Origin: Candidatus Latescibacterota bacterium
Lineage (GTDB): Bacteria; Latescibacterota; UBA2968
Length of the DNA stretch: 64,000 nucleotides
Direction: 5' to 3'
NCBI GenBank assembly: GCA_965207885.1
Contig: OZ242311.1
Span: forward strand, 4,320,001 to 4,384,000
The notes under the pieces were generated by a model. The model had not been told where the DNA came from. It worked only from the letters and a program-made list of their open reading frames with translations, and did not search any database. A program made the translations under genes and the position numbers. Of this stretch, positions 17,863-28,183 are shown piece by piece; position 1 is the first letter of the stretch; each line of letters opens with the position of its first letter.

Positions 17863-19068
17863 TCACGGTCGCATGGGCGACCCATCTGGTGCCCGCGTTT
17901 GCGTCCACATAATAACCTCATCTTCGGGCGGATATTTTGCAGCGAGATCCTCGTCAATATCAATGCCCAGACCGGGATCATCATTGGGATACATATAGCC
18001 CCCGCGCACCTCGGGCAGCCCGGGAAACATATCATAGACGAGATCGTTGAAACGGCACCACTCCTGAATACCGAAATTGGGTGCCCACAGGTCAAGGTGC
18101 AAATTGGCCGCGTGACCAACAGGTGATGTATCGCCGGGACCGTGCCACGCCGTGCGCACATTGTACATATTGGCATAAGCAGCGACATTGCGCGCAGGAG
18201 TAATACCACCCATCTGGCTGACGTGCATGCGAATAAAATCAATGAGCCGATCTTGAATGAGAGGCATCCACTCGTGCGGATGATTAAACAGTTCGCCCAT
18301 CGCCAGGGGCGTAGCGCACTGCGCGCGCATGTGGTGAAAATACGCATTGTCTTCCGGCGCGAGAGCATCTTCCAAAAAGAAAAGCTTAAAAGGCTCTACA
18401 TCTTTGGCGAACTGGATCGCGTCAATCGGGCGCAAACGCTCGTGAATATCGTGCAAAAGCTCGACCTCAGGCCCGATCTCTGCGCGCACATGCTCAATCA
18501 TATCGCACATACGACGACAATATTCTCGCGGATGATAATAAGCACCATCGGGCGCACCATCGGGTTTTTGAATCGTATCTGACTGCCCCCCATATCCCCC
18601 CATCTGCACGCGGATGTGGCGATAGCCCTGTGCCATAAAGTGACGCACGCTATCCACCACTTCGTACTTGTCGCGCCCACTGGCATGAGCATACGTATCT
18701 GCCGCCTCTCGACATTTCCCGCCCAGAAGTTGATACACGGGCATACCCGCGCGTTTGCCCTTAATATCCCACAACGCCTGATCCACCCCCGATATGGCAT
18801 TATTGAGCACGGGGCCATTGCGCCAGTACCCATTGACCATGCTCATCTGCCAGATTTCCTCAATGCGATCCACATCGCGGCCAATAACAAAAGGCTTGAG
18901 ATGTTTTTCAATAGCCGTACGCACCGCGTGGAACCGCTGCGTAAACGTCGCGCAACCCAACCCGTAAAGACCGGGTTCTGACGTAATAAGTTTGACAATA
19001 ACGAGCCGCGAACCCGCAGGCTGCGTCACAATGGTTTTAACGTCTTTAATAGTTACAATTTCTGACAT
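17863..19068 (-). CDS. RspA/ManD-like acid-sugar dehydratase (enolase superfamily)
   Basis: GLGCATF, YWRNGPV, LLHDIHER, FLED, MGE, AWHGPGD. Confidence 0.9.
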   Translation of the reverse strand: MSEIVTIKDVKTIVTQPAGSRLVIVKLITSEPGLYGLGCATFTQRFHAVRTAIEKHLKPFVIGRDVDRIEEIWQMSMVNGYWRNGPVLNNAISGVDQALWDIKGKRAGMPVYQLLGGKCREAADTYAHASGRDKYEVVDSVRHFMAQGYRHIRVQMGGYGGQSDTIQKPDGAPDGAYYHPREYCRRMCDMIEHVRAEIGPEVELLHDIHERLRPIDAIQFAKDVEPFKLFFLEDALAPEDNAYFHHMRAQCATPLAMGELFNHPHEWMPLIQDRLIDFIRMHVSQMGGITPARNVAAYANMYNVRTAWHGPGDTSPVGHAANLHLDLWAPNFGIQEWCRFNDLVYDMFPGLPEVRGGYMYPNDDPGLGIDIDEDLAAKYPPEDEVIMWTQTRAPDGSPMRP

Positions 19069-19083
19069 ATCTGCTCCAAATCT

Positions 19084-20124
19084 TTACAGCCCCTCGGGCA
19101 ACGCGAGATTAAATCGCCGCGCGGCTTTGCGGAGTTTTTCCGCCGTACCCGCTGGAATGGGAATACCTTCGGCAGCGCGTTCGACAAGGGTGCGATTTTC
19201 GGGTTCCCCTGGCATGAGCACATCGTCAAAGCCATCTGCTCTGGGCAGTGCTTTGAGTTCATCGATCAAATTATCGACGTGGTCTTTGTAATCATCCAGA
19301 TCAACAAAAAAGGAAATATCAATCGCAGCGACAATGCCGTTTTGCTTTCTCGAATTCTCGCCCCCGCGCAATACGGGAACGAGCAGAGGATTATTGACCA
19401 TCAAACTGGACAAACACTGAAAAACCAGAGCCAGACCCGATCCCTTGGGACCACCTGCCGGACGCAAGATAACCCCCTTACGCGCATCCGTCGTCGGATT
19501 GCCCTCGGCATCGAGTGCCCAATCTTCGCCCAGCGGCACGCCCTTATCCTGCGCGAGCTGAAGTTTGCCCCCCGCTGCCACACTTGTCGCCATATCGAGA
19601 CTGATGGGATCGCGTTTATTCGCCGGAACCGCAACGGCTATCGGGCTATTGTGTACGCCCGCTGCCTTCGCGCCAAAAGGGGCCATATTGGGCGGACTGC
19701 AAACAATGGCAATCCCGGCAAAGCCCTCCTGTGCCGCCATCAAAGAATAATAAGCCATCGCGCCCTGATGCGTAACATCGCTGAGCAACACCCATCCGAT
19801 ACCCACATTTTTTGCCTTCTCAATGGCTTTTTTCATCGCAGGCACAGTCGCCACAGGTCCAAGAGCGCGGTCGCACGCAATGTGGGCAACCGCTGGCGAC
19901 TCTTTCACAACGCGAATATTGGGCCGAGGATTCATCGCGCCTGTCTCAATATTGTTGAGATACGAAATAATGCGCAAAACCCCGTGAGAATCGACCCCAC
20001 GCAGATTCGCCCAAATAAGCACTTCTGCTTCTATGGCGGCATCTTCGGGCGGCATACCCGCGTTTTCAAAAACGGATTGGATAAACGGTTCCAGATGTTC
20101 TGCGCGAATGCGAATGTCCGACAT
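19084..20124 (-). CDS. Ldh_2 (class II malate/L-lactate dehydrogenase) family oxidoreductase
   Basis: ANLRGVDSHG, LDMATS, GGPKGSGL, MPGEPE. Confidence 0.9.
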   Translation of the reverse strand: MSDIRIRAEHLEPFIQSVFENAGMPPEDAAIEAEVLIWANLRGVDSHGVLRIISYLNNIETGAMNPRPNIRVVKESPAVAHIACDRALGPVATVPAMKKAIEKAKNVGIGWVLLSDVTHQGAMAYYSLMAAQEGFAGIAIVCSPPNMAPFGAKAAGVHNSPIAVAVPANKRDPISLDMATSVAAGGKLQLAQDKGVPLGEDWALDAEGNPTTDARKGVILRPAGGPKGSGLALVFQCLSSLMVNNPLLVPVLRGGENSRKQNGIVAAIDISFFVDLDDYKDHVDNLIDELKALPRADGFDDVLMPGEPENRTLVERAAEGIPIPAGTAEKLRKAARRFNLALPEGL

Positions 20125-20271
20125 GGCAATCCTTTCTAATAGGCTTCAAGAGACCTTGACTTTGAAATTTTTTTCCGCTATGCTGTCTGACAAATTAGTT
20201 TCGCGTTTTTGAAGCGTCAAGATAATAAATCCCAACGAAAAAAAGAAAAACAACTTCTGGAGGGCCTACTT

Positions 20272-21831
20272 ATGAAACAATGTTTTGAACATTATCGGAC
20301 ATTGCGAAAAGAGATGGATGCGTGGTTAGACCAGAGCCGCCGGATGGACCCGCCGAGCAGACATGGCGGAGGCGAAGATGAAGCGAACTATTCGCTGGCC
20401 TGGTTCCCTCACTATCTCATCACGGGAAATGACGGGGTGCGAGAGCACTTTGAACACCTGCGCGATATGCTCGCCGGATGGGTGGAACGGGACTGCCTGC
20501 ACGGTTATGAACCCGAAGCCGAAGCCCATCACGGAACCGAACCCTTTCTGCTCTTTTTGCCGCGTTACCTGGGATTATTTCCCAAAGACGAAAAAGCAAA
20601 CGCACTCCTACAAGACGCTGCCGAACACATCGGCAACTGGGTTGAAGACATTCCCGAATGGTTTGACTGGGAGCGCAATCGGTTTTACGGATATTATATT
20701 GGCACGCGCACAGTAGGACGAGACGATGGCTACGACGCCGAAATAGCCGAGCACTTCCGATTTGTCCACATTGCCCTGGCCGCACACAGAATGACGGGAC
20801 AAAACCGGTATCTGGATTGGGCTTTGCAATACGGTAAGCGCCGGGCAGAGATGATTGTCGCCATACCAGATGGTCCCTTGCCCATTGCCTGGGATGCAAA
20901 CGGACAACCGAGATTTGGCAAGCAGGCGACTGGAAAACAAAAAAAGGCGGCACAAGCCGGGCATCACGTCCCTGACGATCCGCTCATCGGAGTCGAAGTA
21001 CTGCTGGCTTCCGGCGTCATATACGCCCTGGGCGATCTATTCGAAGCATCGGGGGACGCTGTATTTCACCAGGCGGCGCGGCGAATTGCAGAACCGATGA
21101 TCAATGAATTGCTGGACCCGTATTCGGACCCCGGCGCAGCGGCGATCTCCCATTTTAGACGACAGTTCTCCGATCCCTCTCTGGACGAGGCAATTCAGGC
21201 ACAAATCGCGCGTTTTTCCGACCTGCAAGAAGGCGAAATAGCCATGGTCTTTCCACAGGCGCGCCGCCGCGATTGGCCCGGCGTGGGCAAGCGCAACGAC
21301 ATGACGTATTGGGGAATATGGAATGGCGACGGCTCTGTAACACCCACAACAGAACCGAGCACAGCGGCACTAACGCTGGCCTATCAGGTGACGGGTGATG
21401 AGCACTATGCCGAACGCGCATTAAAGCAAGCAGCTGACAAGCTGATGATGGCGCGTCGGGTGCTACGCGGTGGCAGAGAACACGCCGATATGGGAGGCGC
21501 AATCTGTTCGACAGCAGCCGGACACGGACGTAACTGGGGCATTGGACCCGTGACCGGGTGTTACGGCCCATTGCTCTTGGGCACGCGAGAAGTAAAAAGC
21601 AACGTGACGCCAACAGTCGAAGTAAAACACGCCACTGGCGAGCGTGGCATTCCCCATCAAATTCTTCCACTCGTAATCCATTCCGGAACAGATGTGGATG
21701 GCGTGATGTTTTACAATGGCGGCGATTCAGACATCTCATTCTCGTGGCGATTTGAGGACAACGGATGGCAGATCCTCACAGTGGAAGCTGGCGAAGTTGC
21801 CAATTGTGGTGTGACAGGAGTCATGGCATGA
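20272..21831 (+). CDS. Hypothetical protein, possibly an (alpha/alpha)-barrel carbohydrate-active enzyme
   Basis: ~520 aa; repeated LxxAYxxTGDxxY-type helical motifs (AHRMTGQNRYL, FEASGDAVF, AYQVTGDEHY); start after GGAGG. Confidence 0.6.
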   Translation: MKQCFEHYRTLRKEMDAWLDQSRRMDPPSRHGGGEDEANYSLAWFPHYLITGNDGVREHFEHLRDMLAGWVERDCLHGYEPEAEAHHGTEPFLLFLPRYLGLFPKDEKANALLQDAAEHIGNWVEDIPEWFDWERNRFYGYYIGTRTVGRDDGYDAEIAEHFRFVHIALAAHRMTGQNRYLDWALQYGKRRAEMIVAIPDGPLPIAWDANGQPRFGKQATGKQKKAAQAGHHVPDDPLIGVEVLLASGVIYALGDLFEASGDAVFHQAARRIAEPMINELLDPYSDPGAAAISHFRRQFSDPSLDEAIQAQIARFSDLQEGEIAMVFPQARRRDWPGVGKRNDMTYWGIWNGDGSVTPTTEPSTAALTLAYQVTGDEHYAERALKQAADKLMMARRVLRGGREHADMGGAICSTAAGHGRNWGIGPVTGCYGPLLLGTREVKSNVTPTVEVKHATGERGIPHQILPLVIHSGTDVDGVMFYNGGDSDISFSWRFEDNGWQILTVEAGEVANCGVTGVMA

Positions 21832-22805
21832 AATATCGCACACTGGGACAGACTGGCCTCGAGGTATCGGAAATTGGATTGGGTGCCTTTCCCATCTCGG
21901 GAAGACAACAGCGGGCAGATGGAAGTATCGAAGTGTGGTCGGGCACAAGCGATGCGGAATCCATCGCGCTGATCCATCGCTGTGAAGAACTCGGTGTAAA
22001 TCTAATCGATTCTGCGGAAGGCTATGGAGACGGACACAGCGAAGAACTCGTCGGACAAGCCCTACAGGGACGGCGAGATAAATGGATCATTGCGACCAAA
22101 GTGCAGCCAAACCGGGACATTGACCAGAACGATGAGCAATCAGTACACAACCGAATTGTCGAAGCATGCGAAAACAGCTTGAAACGCATGCAAACGGATT
22201 TTATCGACATTTATCAACTACACGCGATCCCGCACGAATGGGCCATGCCCGCCGTAATGAAAACCCTCGAAAAATTGCACCAAGAAGGCAAAATCAGATG
22301 GTACGGTATCTCGACCAACAACCGGGAAGCCATCGACAAACTGCGGACGTTGGGCCACATCCACATCTTGCAGATCGGATACAATTTGTTAGAACGCAGT
22401 GCCGACGAATTACTGCACTGGTCAAAAGAGCAAAAAATAGGCACACTCATCCGCGTACCCCTTGCAAAAGGCCAATTGACCGGAAAATACTTTGGACAGA
22501 ATGCCGAGCAAATACCGCAAAACGATTTGCGGTACGAGCGGTTTCAACGTCCTGCAGTGCAAGAGGGATTAAAAAAACTACCCGAACTTTTGTTTTTACA
22601 AACAGAGCATCGAACCATGGCACAGGCAGCCCTGCGGTTTGTGTTAGACCACCCCGGTGTATCCTGCGTCATTGCCGGCGCAAAAAATCGACAACAAGTT
22701 GAAGACAACACAGCGGCATCAGACATGCCACCGCTCACACACGAAGAACTATCTCGCGCCCTTCCCATCGCAGATGTGATTGGCACAGCGGGATGGATTG
22801 GGTGA
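21828..22805 (+). CDS. Aldo/keto reductase
   Basis: MKYRTLGQTGLEVSEIGLG, IDSAEGYG, IATK, SLKRMQTDFIDIYQLH. Confidence 0.95.
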   Translation: MKYRTLGQTGLEVSEIGLGAFPISGRQQRADGSIEVWSGTSDAESIALIHRCEELGVNLIDSAEGYGDGHSEELVGQALQGRRDKWIIATKVQPNRDIDQNDEQSVHNRIVEACENSLKRMQTDFIDIYQLHAIPHEWAMPAVMKTLEKLHQEGKIRWYGISTNNREAIDKLRTLGHIHILQIGYNLLERSADELLHWSKEQKIGTLIRVPLAKGQLTGKYFGQNAEQIPQNDLRYERFQRPAVQEGLKKLPELLFLQTEHRTMAQAALRFVLDHPGVSCVIAGAKNRQQVEDNTAASDMPPLTHEELSRALPIADVIGTAGWIG

Positions 22806-22820
22806 ATCAGGAGGATTATC

Positions 22821-23960
22821 ATGAAAATCACTGCATTAAAAACATTCATTGCGCCCACAACGGGAAATTTTTTCGTCAAAGTCGAAACAGACGAAGGTAT
22901 TTACGGCCTAGGAGAAGCGGGCGTAATACATCGCGGAACCGCGATAGCCGAAGTGATCCGCTCGTTTTCCCCAGACGTTATCGGGCAAGACCCCTTTCGG
23001 ATCGAATATTTGTGGCAGGTCATGTTTCGCGGCGGATTTTTTCCAGGCGGCGTGGTACAGTCAGCGGCAGTGAGCGCCGTTGACATCGCGCTCTGGGACA
23101 TCAAAGGCAAAGCTCTGGGCGTACCCGTCTATGAACTCCTGGGCGGAAGAACCCGCGACAAAGTGGCGTGTTATCCGCATGTTGGCGATAAGAACAATAT
23201 CGATCGGCTGGTCGCAAACTGTGTGCAACGACAGGAAGAAGGCTGGAAATTTGCCCGATGGAGCATGAGCGACCCCACAGGTCCCAATGTATTTGAACCT
23301 TCGCGCGCCGTGCGTTATGGCATTGAACAGGTAAAAGCCGTGCGCGAAGCCTGTGGCGATGAATTCGAAATCTGTGTCGATGTTCACACGCGACTGGACC
23401 CCACCTGGGTCATTGCATATTGCAAAGGCGTGGAACCCTATCGCCCATTTTTTATCGAAGATCCATTGCGAAGTGAAAGCACGCAGAGCCTGCGCCTCGT
23501 GCGACAAAATACGCATCTGCCCTTAGCCATTGGCGAACAATTCGATAGCAAGTGGAAATTCCAGCAGGTAATCGAAGAGGATTTAATGGACTATTGCCGC
23601 GTTGACCTCTGCATTGCGGGCGGTTTGACCGAAGCAAAAAAGATCGCGGGCTGGTGCGAGACACATTATATTCACCTGGCTCCTCACAATCCACTGGGAC
23701 CCGTGTCAACAGCCGCGTGTTTGCACCTGTGTCTATCCTCTTCTCTCGTCGGCGTACAAGAATTGCCCAGATCCACCATGACCACCTTGACAGATGTATT
23801 CCCCAAACAAATGCCCTATGCAGACGGCCATCTGCTCGTCCCCGAAGGACCGGGATTAGGCATTGAATTTAACGAAGACGCGATTGCAGACGCAACTCCT
23901 CCCGAACCCTCTACAGGCTGGGGTTACCGCCGCGAAGACGGATCGTACGCAAATTGGTAA
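22821..23960 (+). CDS. Galactonate-dehydratase-like enolase superfamily protein, copy 1
   Basis: DIALWDIKGK, DVHTR, FIEDP, AIGE, APHNPLGP. Confidence 0.9.
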   Translation: MKITALKTFIAPTTGNFFVKVETDEGIYGLGEAGVIHRGTAIAEVIRSFSPDVIGQDPFRIEYLWQVMFRGGFFPGGVVQSAAVSAVDIALWDIKGKALGVPVYELLGGRTRDKVACYPHVGDKNNIDRLVANCVQRQEEGWKFARWSMSDPTGPNVFEPSRAVRYGIEQVKAVREACGDEFEICVDVHTRLDPTWVIAYCKGVEPYRPFFIEDPLRSESTQSLRLVRQNTHLPLAIGEQFDSKWKFQQVIEEDLMDYCRVDLCIAGGLTEAKKIAGWCETHYIHLAPHNPLGPVSTAACLHLCLSSSLVGVQELPRSTMTTLTDVFPKQMPYADGHLLVPEGPGLGIEFNEDAIADATPPEPSTGWGYRREDGSYANW

Positions 23961-24091
23961 AAAAGGAGTATTAAAGATGCGGATACAATAGTACCTCGGC
24001 CTGCTCTCATTGATTTATTTGCGCGCCCAACGCACAACTTTAATACAACTCAGAAGCATCTGTATGTATCCATCTTTTCAGGAGAATAATC

Positions 24092-25231
24092 ATGAAAATC
24101 ACCGCATTAAAAACATTCGTCGTTCCCACAACGGGAAATTTTTTCGTCAAAGTCGAAACAGGCGAAGGTATTTATGGTCTGGGAGAAGCGGGCTTAAAGC
24201 GTCGCGGAACCGCGATTGCCGAAGTAATACGTTCGTTTTCCCCAGACGTCATCGGGCAAGACCCCTTTCGGATCGAACATTTGTGGCAAGTCATGTTTCG
24301 CGGCGGATTTTTCCCGGGCGGCGTGGTACAGTCAGCGGCAGTAAGCGCCGTTGATATCGCGCTCTGGGATATCAAAGGCAAAGCCCTGGGCGTACCCGTC
24401 TATGAACTACTGGGCGGCAGAACCCGCGACAAAGTGGCGTGTTATCCGCATATTGGCGAACGGGACAATATCGACCGCCTGATCGCAAATTGTGTGCAAC
24501 GACAGGAGGAAGGCTGGAAATTTGTGCGATGGGGCCTGAGCGATCCCACAGACCCCAATGTATTTGAACCTTCGCGCGCCGTGCGTCACGGCATCAAACA
24601 GGTAAAAGCCGTGCGCGAAGCCTGTGGCGATGAAATAGAAATCTGCGTCGATGTTCACACGCGACTGGACCCCGCCTGGGTCATTGCATATTGCAAAGGC
24701 GTGGAACCCTATCGCCCATTTTTTATCGAAGACCCATTGCGAAGTGAAAGCACGCAGAGCCTGCGTCTCGTACGACAAAATACGCATCTGCCCTTAGCCA
24801 TTGGCGAACAATTCGATAGCAAGTGGAAATTTCAGCAAGTAATCGAAGAGGATTTAATGGACTATTGCCGCGTTGACCTCTGCATTGCGGGCGGCTTGAC
24901 CGAAGCAAAAAAGATCGCGGGCTGGTGCGAGACACATTATATTCACCTGGCCCCCCACAATCCACTGGGACCCGTGTCAACAGCCGCGTGTTTGCACCTG
25001 TGTCTATCCTCTTCTCTCGTGGGCGTACAGGAATTGCCCAGACCTCCCATGACCACCTTGACAGATGTATTCCCCAAACAAATGCCCTATGCAGACGGCC
25101 ATCTGCTCGTCCCCGAGGGACCGGGATTGGGCATTGAATTTAACGAAGACGCGATTGCAGACGTATCCCCTCCCGAACCCTCTACAGGATCGGGATTCCG
25201 CCGCGCGGACGGATCGTACACAAATTGGTAA
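24092..25231 (+). CDS. Galactonate-dehydratase-like enolase superfamily protein, copy 2
   Basis: 379 aa, about 28 residue differences from copy 1 by manual count. Confidence 0.9.
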   Translation: MKITALKTFVVPTTGNFFVKVETGEGIYGLGEAGLKRRGTAIAEVIRSFSPDVIGQDPFRIEHLWQVMFRGGFFPGGVVQSAAVSAVDIALWDIKGKALGVPVYELLGGRTRDKVACYPHIGERDNIDRLIANCVQRQEEGWKFVRWGLSDPTDPNVFEPSRAVRHGIKQVKAVREACGDEIEICVDVHTRLDPAWVIAYCKGVEPYRPFFIEDPLRSESTQSLRLVRQNTHLPLAIGEQFDSKWKFQQVIEEDLMDYCRVDLCIAGGLTEAKKIAGWCETHYIHLAPHNPLGPVSTAACLHLCLSSSLVGVQELPRPPMTTLTDVFPKQMPYADGHLLVPEGPGLGIEFNEDAIADVSPPEPSTGSGFRRADGSYTNW

Positions 25232-25246
25232 AAAGGAGCACTAAAA

Positions 25247-26029
25247 ATGCGGAAACAACAATACCCCGGCCTATTAGCACTAATCGCTTGCATCCTCCTG
25301 CAGCCGGCCGCGGTAATCGCCCAAACCTCATTCCAATTTCAATACGGCAAACTCACAAACCCGTTTTCCGGGGCCGAGGAATACACCTCTATTCTCACCG
25401 TGCAACAGGCAGCGCAGTGGCAATATGGCGACAGTTTCTTTTTCATCGACTTTCTGGAAGATGGCGTTCCGGATGGCTTCAACGACAAAAGTATCTACGG
25501 CGAATGGTATCCGACCCTCAGCATTGGCAAACTGACGAACACAGAGATCAGCATCGGTCCCATCAGAGATATTTCCATAATCGCTGGATTCAATGCCGAT
25601 TCCGATGCCAATGTCCTCAAATACCTGCCCGGCGTCCGGGCTTCGTGGAACGTGCCTGGCTTCTTCTTTGTCAACACCGACCTGACCGCCCTGGTCGACG
25701 CCAGCAGCGGCACAGCGCACGGCGGCGCGCCCACAACGAGCAACAGCTTTGTATTCGACATCAATTGGGGAACAGCCTTCGGGACCGACAGCCAGACCTT
25801 CGGTTTCTTCGGTCATGCAGAATACATCGGTTCTCAGACCAACGAATTTGGCAGCGAAGTCAAAAGCTGGCTCCTCGTGCAGCCACAACTCACCTATGAC
25901 TTGAGCAAAGCGATAAACGGCGAGGGCAACACGCTCTTTGTCGGCATAGAATACCAGTACTGGTGGAACAAACTCGGCACCACCACTACCGAAAATGTCG
26001 TGCAATTACTGGTCGTGTGGCAACTCTGA
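25247..26029 (+). CDS. Tsx-like nucleoside-specific outer-membrane channel
   Basis: Signal peptide, WQYGDSFFFID, YGEWYPTLS, QPQLTYD, VGIEYQYWWNKLG; beta-barrel pattern. Confidence 0.8.
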   Translation: MRKQQYPGLLALIACILLQPAAVIAQTSFQFQYGKLTNPFSGAEEYTSILTVQQAAQWQYGDSFFFIDFLEDGVPDGFNDKSIYGEWYPTLSIGKLTNTEISIGPIRDISIIAGFNADSDANVLKYLPGVRASWNVPGFFFVNTDLTALVDASSGTAHGGAPTTSNSFVFDINWGTAFGTDSQTFGFFGHAEYIGSQTNEFGSEVKSWLLVQPQLTYDLSKAINGEGNTLFVGIEYQYWWNKLGTTTTENVVQLLVVWQL

Positions 26030-26060
26030 TTTCTTTGAAAAAACAAAAAGGAATTTCACC

Positions 26061-27317
26061 ATGAAAGTGCGAATCGGCATCATCGGATGTGCGCGAATAC
26101 TAAACGCCCATTTGCGTGGCTATAAAATCCTGCAGGAAAACGGTTTTGGCGATCTCTTTCAGATCACAGCTTTGTGCGCACGCAAAGAAGAAGACGCCCA
26201 CCGCTTCCGAAAGCGAGGCGAGGGGCCCGGTCCTCGTCCCGCACCTGTTGACGCGCCCGGGGATCCGCTCAATGCACCGCATTCATTTATCAATGACCTG
26301 CATCCCGATAGCGATGCAGAAGTGTACATCAACTACAACGAAATGTTGGAAAAGGGCAAAATCGACGCAGTGATCATCTTGACCGGACACGACAACCACC
26401 ACAGCATCGCCATCGACGCCATGAGAGCAGGCAAACACGTCTCGGTCGAAAAACCAATGGCAATCTCGGTCAAAGCAGCCCAGCGAATGTGCGAAGTCGC
26501 CGACGAAACCGGACAAATTTTGAGCATAGACGAAAATGTGAATTTCAATCCCTCTACCTGGGCCAGTCAGTGGGCAGTAGAAAAGGGCCTGATTGGCGAT
26601 GTACAAATGCTCTATCGCGGCGTCATCGGATTTCGCAATTCGCGTCCAGACCTCGTGGCCGCGCGAACGCCCTGGCGTCAGAGCAAACTGGGCGCGGGCG
26701 GGGGTGTTGCCATCGATCTGGGCGTCCACCTTTTTAACGGCGTCCGCACAATTTGTGGACCCGTAAAATCCATTCAAGCCCTGTGGCGCACGCTCGAATC
26801 TGTGCGCGTCTTGATGTCCGACGATGATCGCGCCGTAGTCGATCAAATCGAAAATCAGGTGGATGATGCTTTTTTTGCCAACTTTGAATTTGAAAACGGT
26901 GGCATCGGGCACATGGCTGTATCGAGAAGCGCGCGGGGAACACAGGTCGGCGTACCGGGCGGCACGAATATTTGGGGCAGCAAAGGAGCGATCTCAGACG
27001 GGCAATTATTTGGCGAAGACGGTACATCGGAAAATGTGGAAGATCGATTTCAACGCGAAGCCGATCCATCGCGCATATCCGAAGTCATGCCGAGCGGAAT
27101 CACCGATGCATTTGCGCTTGAGAACCTGAACTGGCTGCAAGCCATCGTAAACGGCAAACCCATCCAGATGAGCGGCGAAGAAGGCACCATCGACCTGGCA
27201 TTGAGCTATGCGATTCTCGAATCTGGCATGCTCGGACGCGCCGTCACTTTAGACGAAATGTTAAAAGGTGAAGTGGATGGGTATCAGAAAGAAATCAATG
27301 ACTATTACGGATTATAA
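26061..27317 (+). CDS. Gfo/Idh/MocA family oxidoreductase
   Basis: IGIIGCARI, GKHVSVEKP, DLGVH. Confidence 0.9.
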   Translation: MKVRIGIIGCARILNAHLRGYKILQENGFGDLFQITALCARKEEDAHRFRKRGEGPGPRPAPVDAPGDPLNAPHSFINDLHPDSDAEVYINYNEMLEKGKIDAVIILTGHDNHHSIAIDAMRAGKHVSVEKPMAISVKAAQRMCEVADETGQILSIDENVNFNPSTWASQWAVEKGLIGDVQMLYRGVIGFRNSRPDLVAARTPWRQSKLGAGGGVAIDLGVHLFNGVRTICGPVKSIQALWRTLESVRVLMSDDDRAVVDQIENQVDDAFFANFEFENGGIGHMAVSRSARGTQVGVPGGTNIWGSKGAISDGQLFGEDGTSENVEDRFQREADPSRISEVMPSGITDAFALENLNWLQAIVNGKPIQMSGEEGTIDLALSYAILESGMLGRAVTLDEMLKGEVDGYQKEINDYYGL

Positions 27318-27331
27318 TCCTGGAGCACGCG

Positions 27332-28093
27332 ATGAAAATCTCACCAGAACACCGGCAACAGTTAGACGAACAGGGCTATGTAATCATCCCCAATGTACTC
27401 TCTGAATCCGAGATATCGCACTATCGCGCACTACTGCTACGCCTCGCTGAACAAGAGCGCGGAGATGGCTCGGGACGGGTGCATACCAGTGGCAGGGGCC
27501 AGCATGTGCGGTGGCTGGTGAACAAGGGAAAACCATTTGAAAAGCTGGTGGCACATCCCAAAGTCGTGCCCTATTTTGAATATATGCTGGGCGAAGATTA
27601 TACCCTCAGCACACTCACGTCAAATGTGATTTATCCGGGCGCCGAAGACAACGCGTTTCACGTTGATAATGCGCTTGGCAAAATGCCAGAGCCGCTGCCC
27701 TCATTCCCCATGTTTGTCAACACCCTGTGGCTCCTGAACGACTTTACCCCACAAAACGGGGGCACGCGCTTTGTGCCCGGCAGCCATAGGTTCTTAAAAA
27801 AGCCCCCGCCAACAGACCATCCACACGCGCTTTGCCATCCCGACGAAATGCGGCTCTCAGCCCCAAAAGGCTCAGTATTCTTGTTCAACGGCGCAATATG
27901 GCACGCCACAGGATCCAACCGCACAGATGACGCCCGCGTATGCCTGATCTGCTTTTGCTGCCGATCATTTCTAAAGCCGATGTTCGATTTTGTACACTAC
28001 CTCAAACCCGAAGTGGTGGATCGAGCCACGCCGGAAATGAAGCGCATCTACGGATTTAATTCTCAACCCCAACCGCCGGATGTGCGCGATTAA
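27332..28093 (+). CDS. Phytanoyl-CoA dioxygenase (PhyH) family protein
   Basis: QGYVII, FHVD (HxD), GGTRFVPGSH, WHATGSNRT..R. Confidence 0.9.
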   Translation: MKISPEHRQQLDEQGYVIIPNVLSESEISHYRALLLRLAEQERGDGSGRVHTSGRGQHVRWLVNKGKPFEKLVAHPKVVPYFEYMLGEDYTLSTLTSNVIYPGAEDNAFHVDNALGKMPEPLPSFPMFVNTLWLLNDFTPQNGGTRFVPGSHRFLKKPPPTDHPHALCHPDEMRLSAPKGSVFLFNGAIWHATGSNRTDDARVCLICFCCRSFLKPMFDFVHYLKPEVVDRATPEMKRIYGFNSQPQPPDVRD

Positions 28094-28183
28094 ACTGACC
28101 TCACAAATGTACGCATTAATCGCGCCCCCGATTCACCGTTGAATCGGGGATATTTTTGGATAATCCAACAAAAGAGGCAAGCC

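Larger units (their letters stand above)
22807..25285 (+). repeat. Tandem duplication with ~1271 bp period
   Basis: Colinear copies from RBS (22807 / 24078) through the stop codon and into the 5' end of the next gene. Confidence 0.95.

Noticed and set aside
28125-28149. Hairpin CCCCGATTCA-ccgt-TGAATCGGGG
   Set aside because: Single copy in the window; probably a terminator or stability hairpin, not enough to call a repeat family
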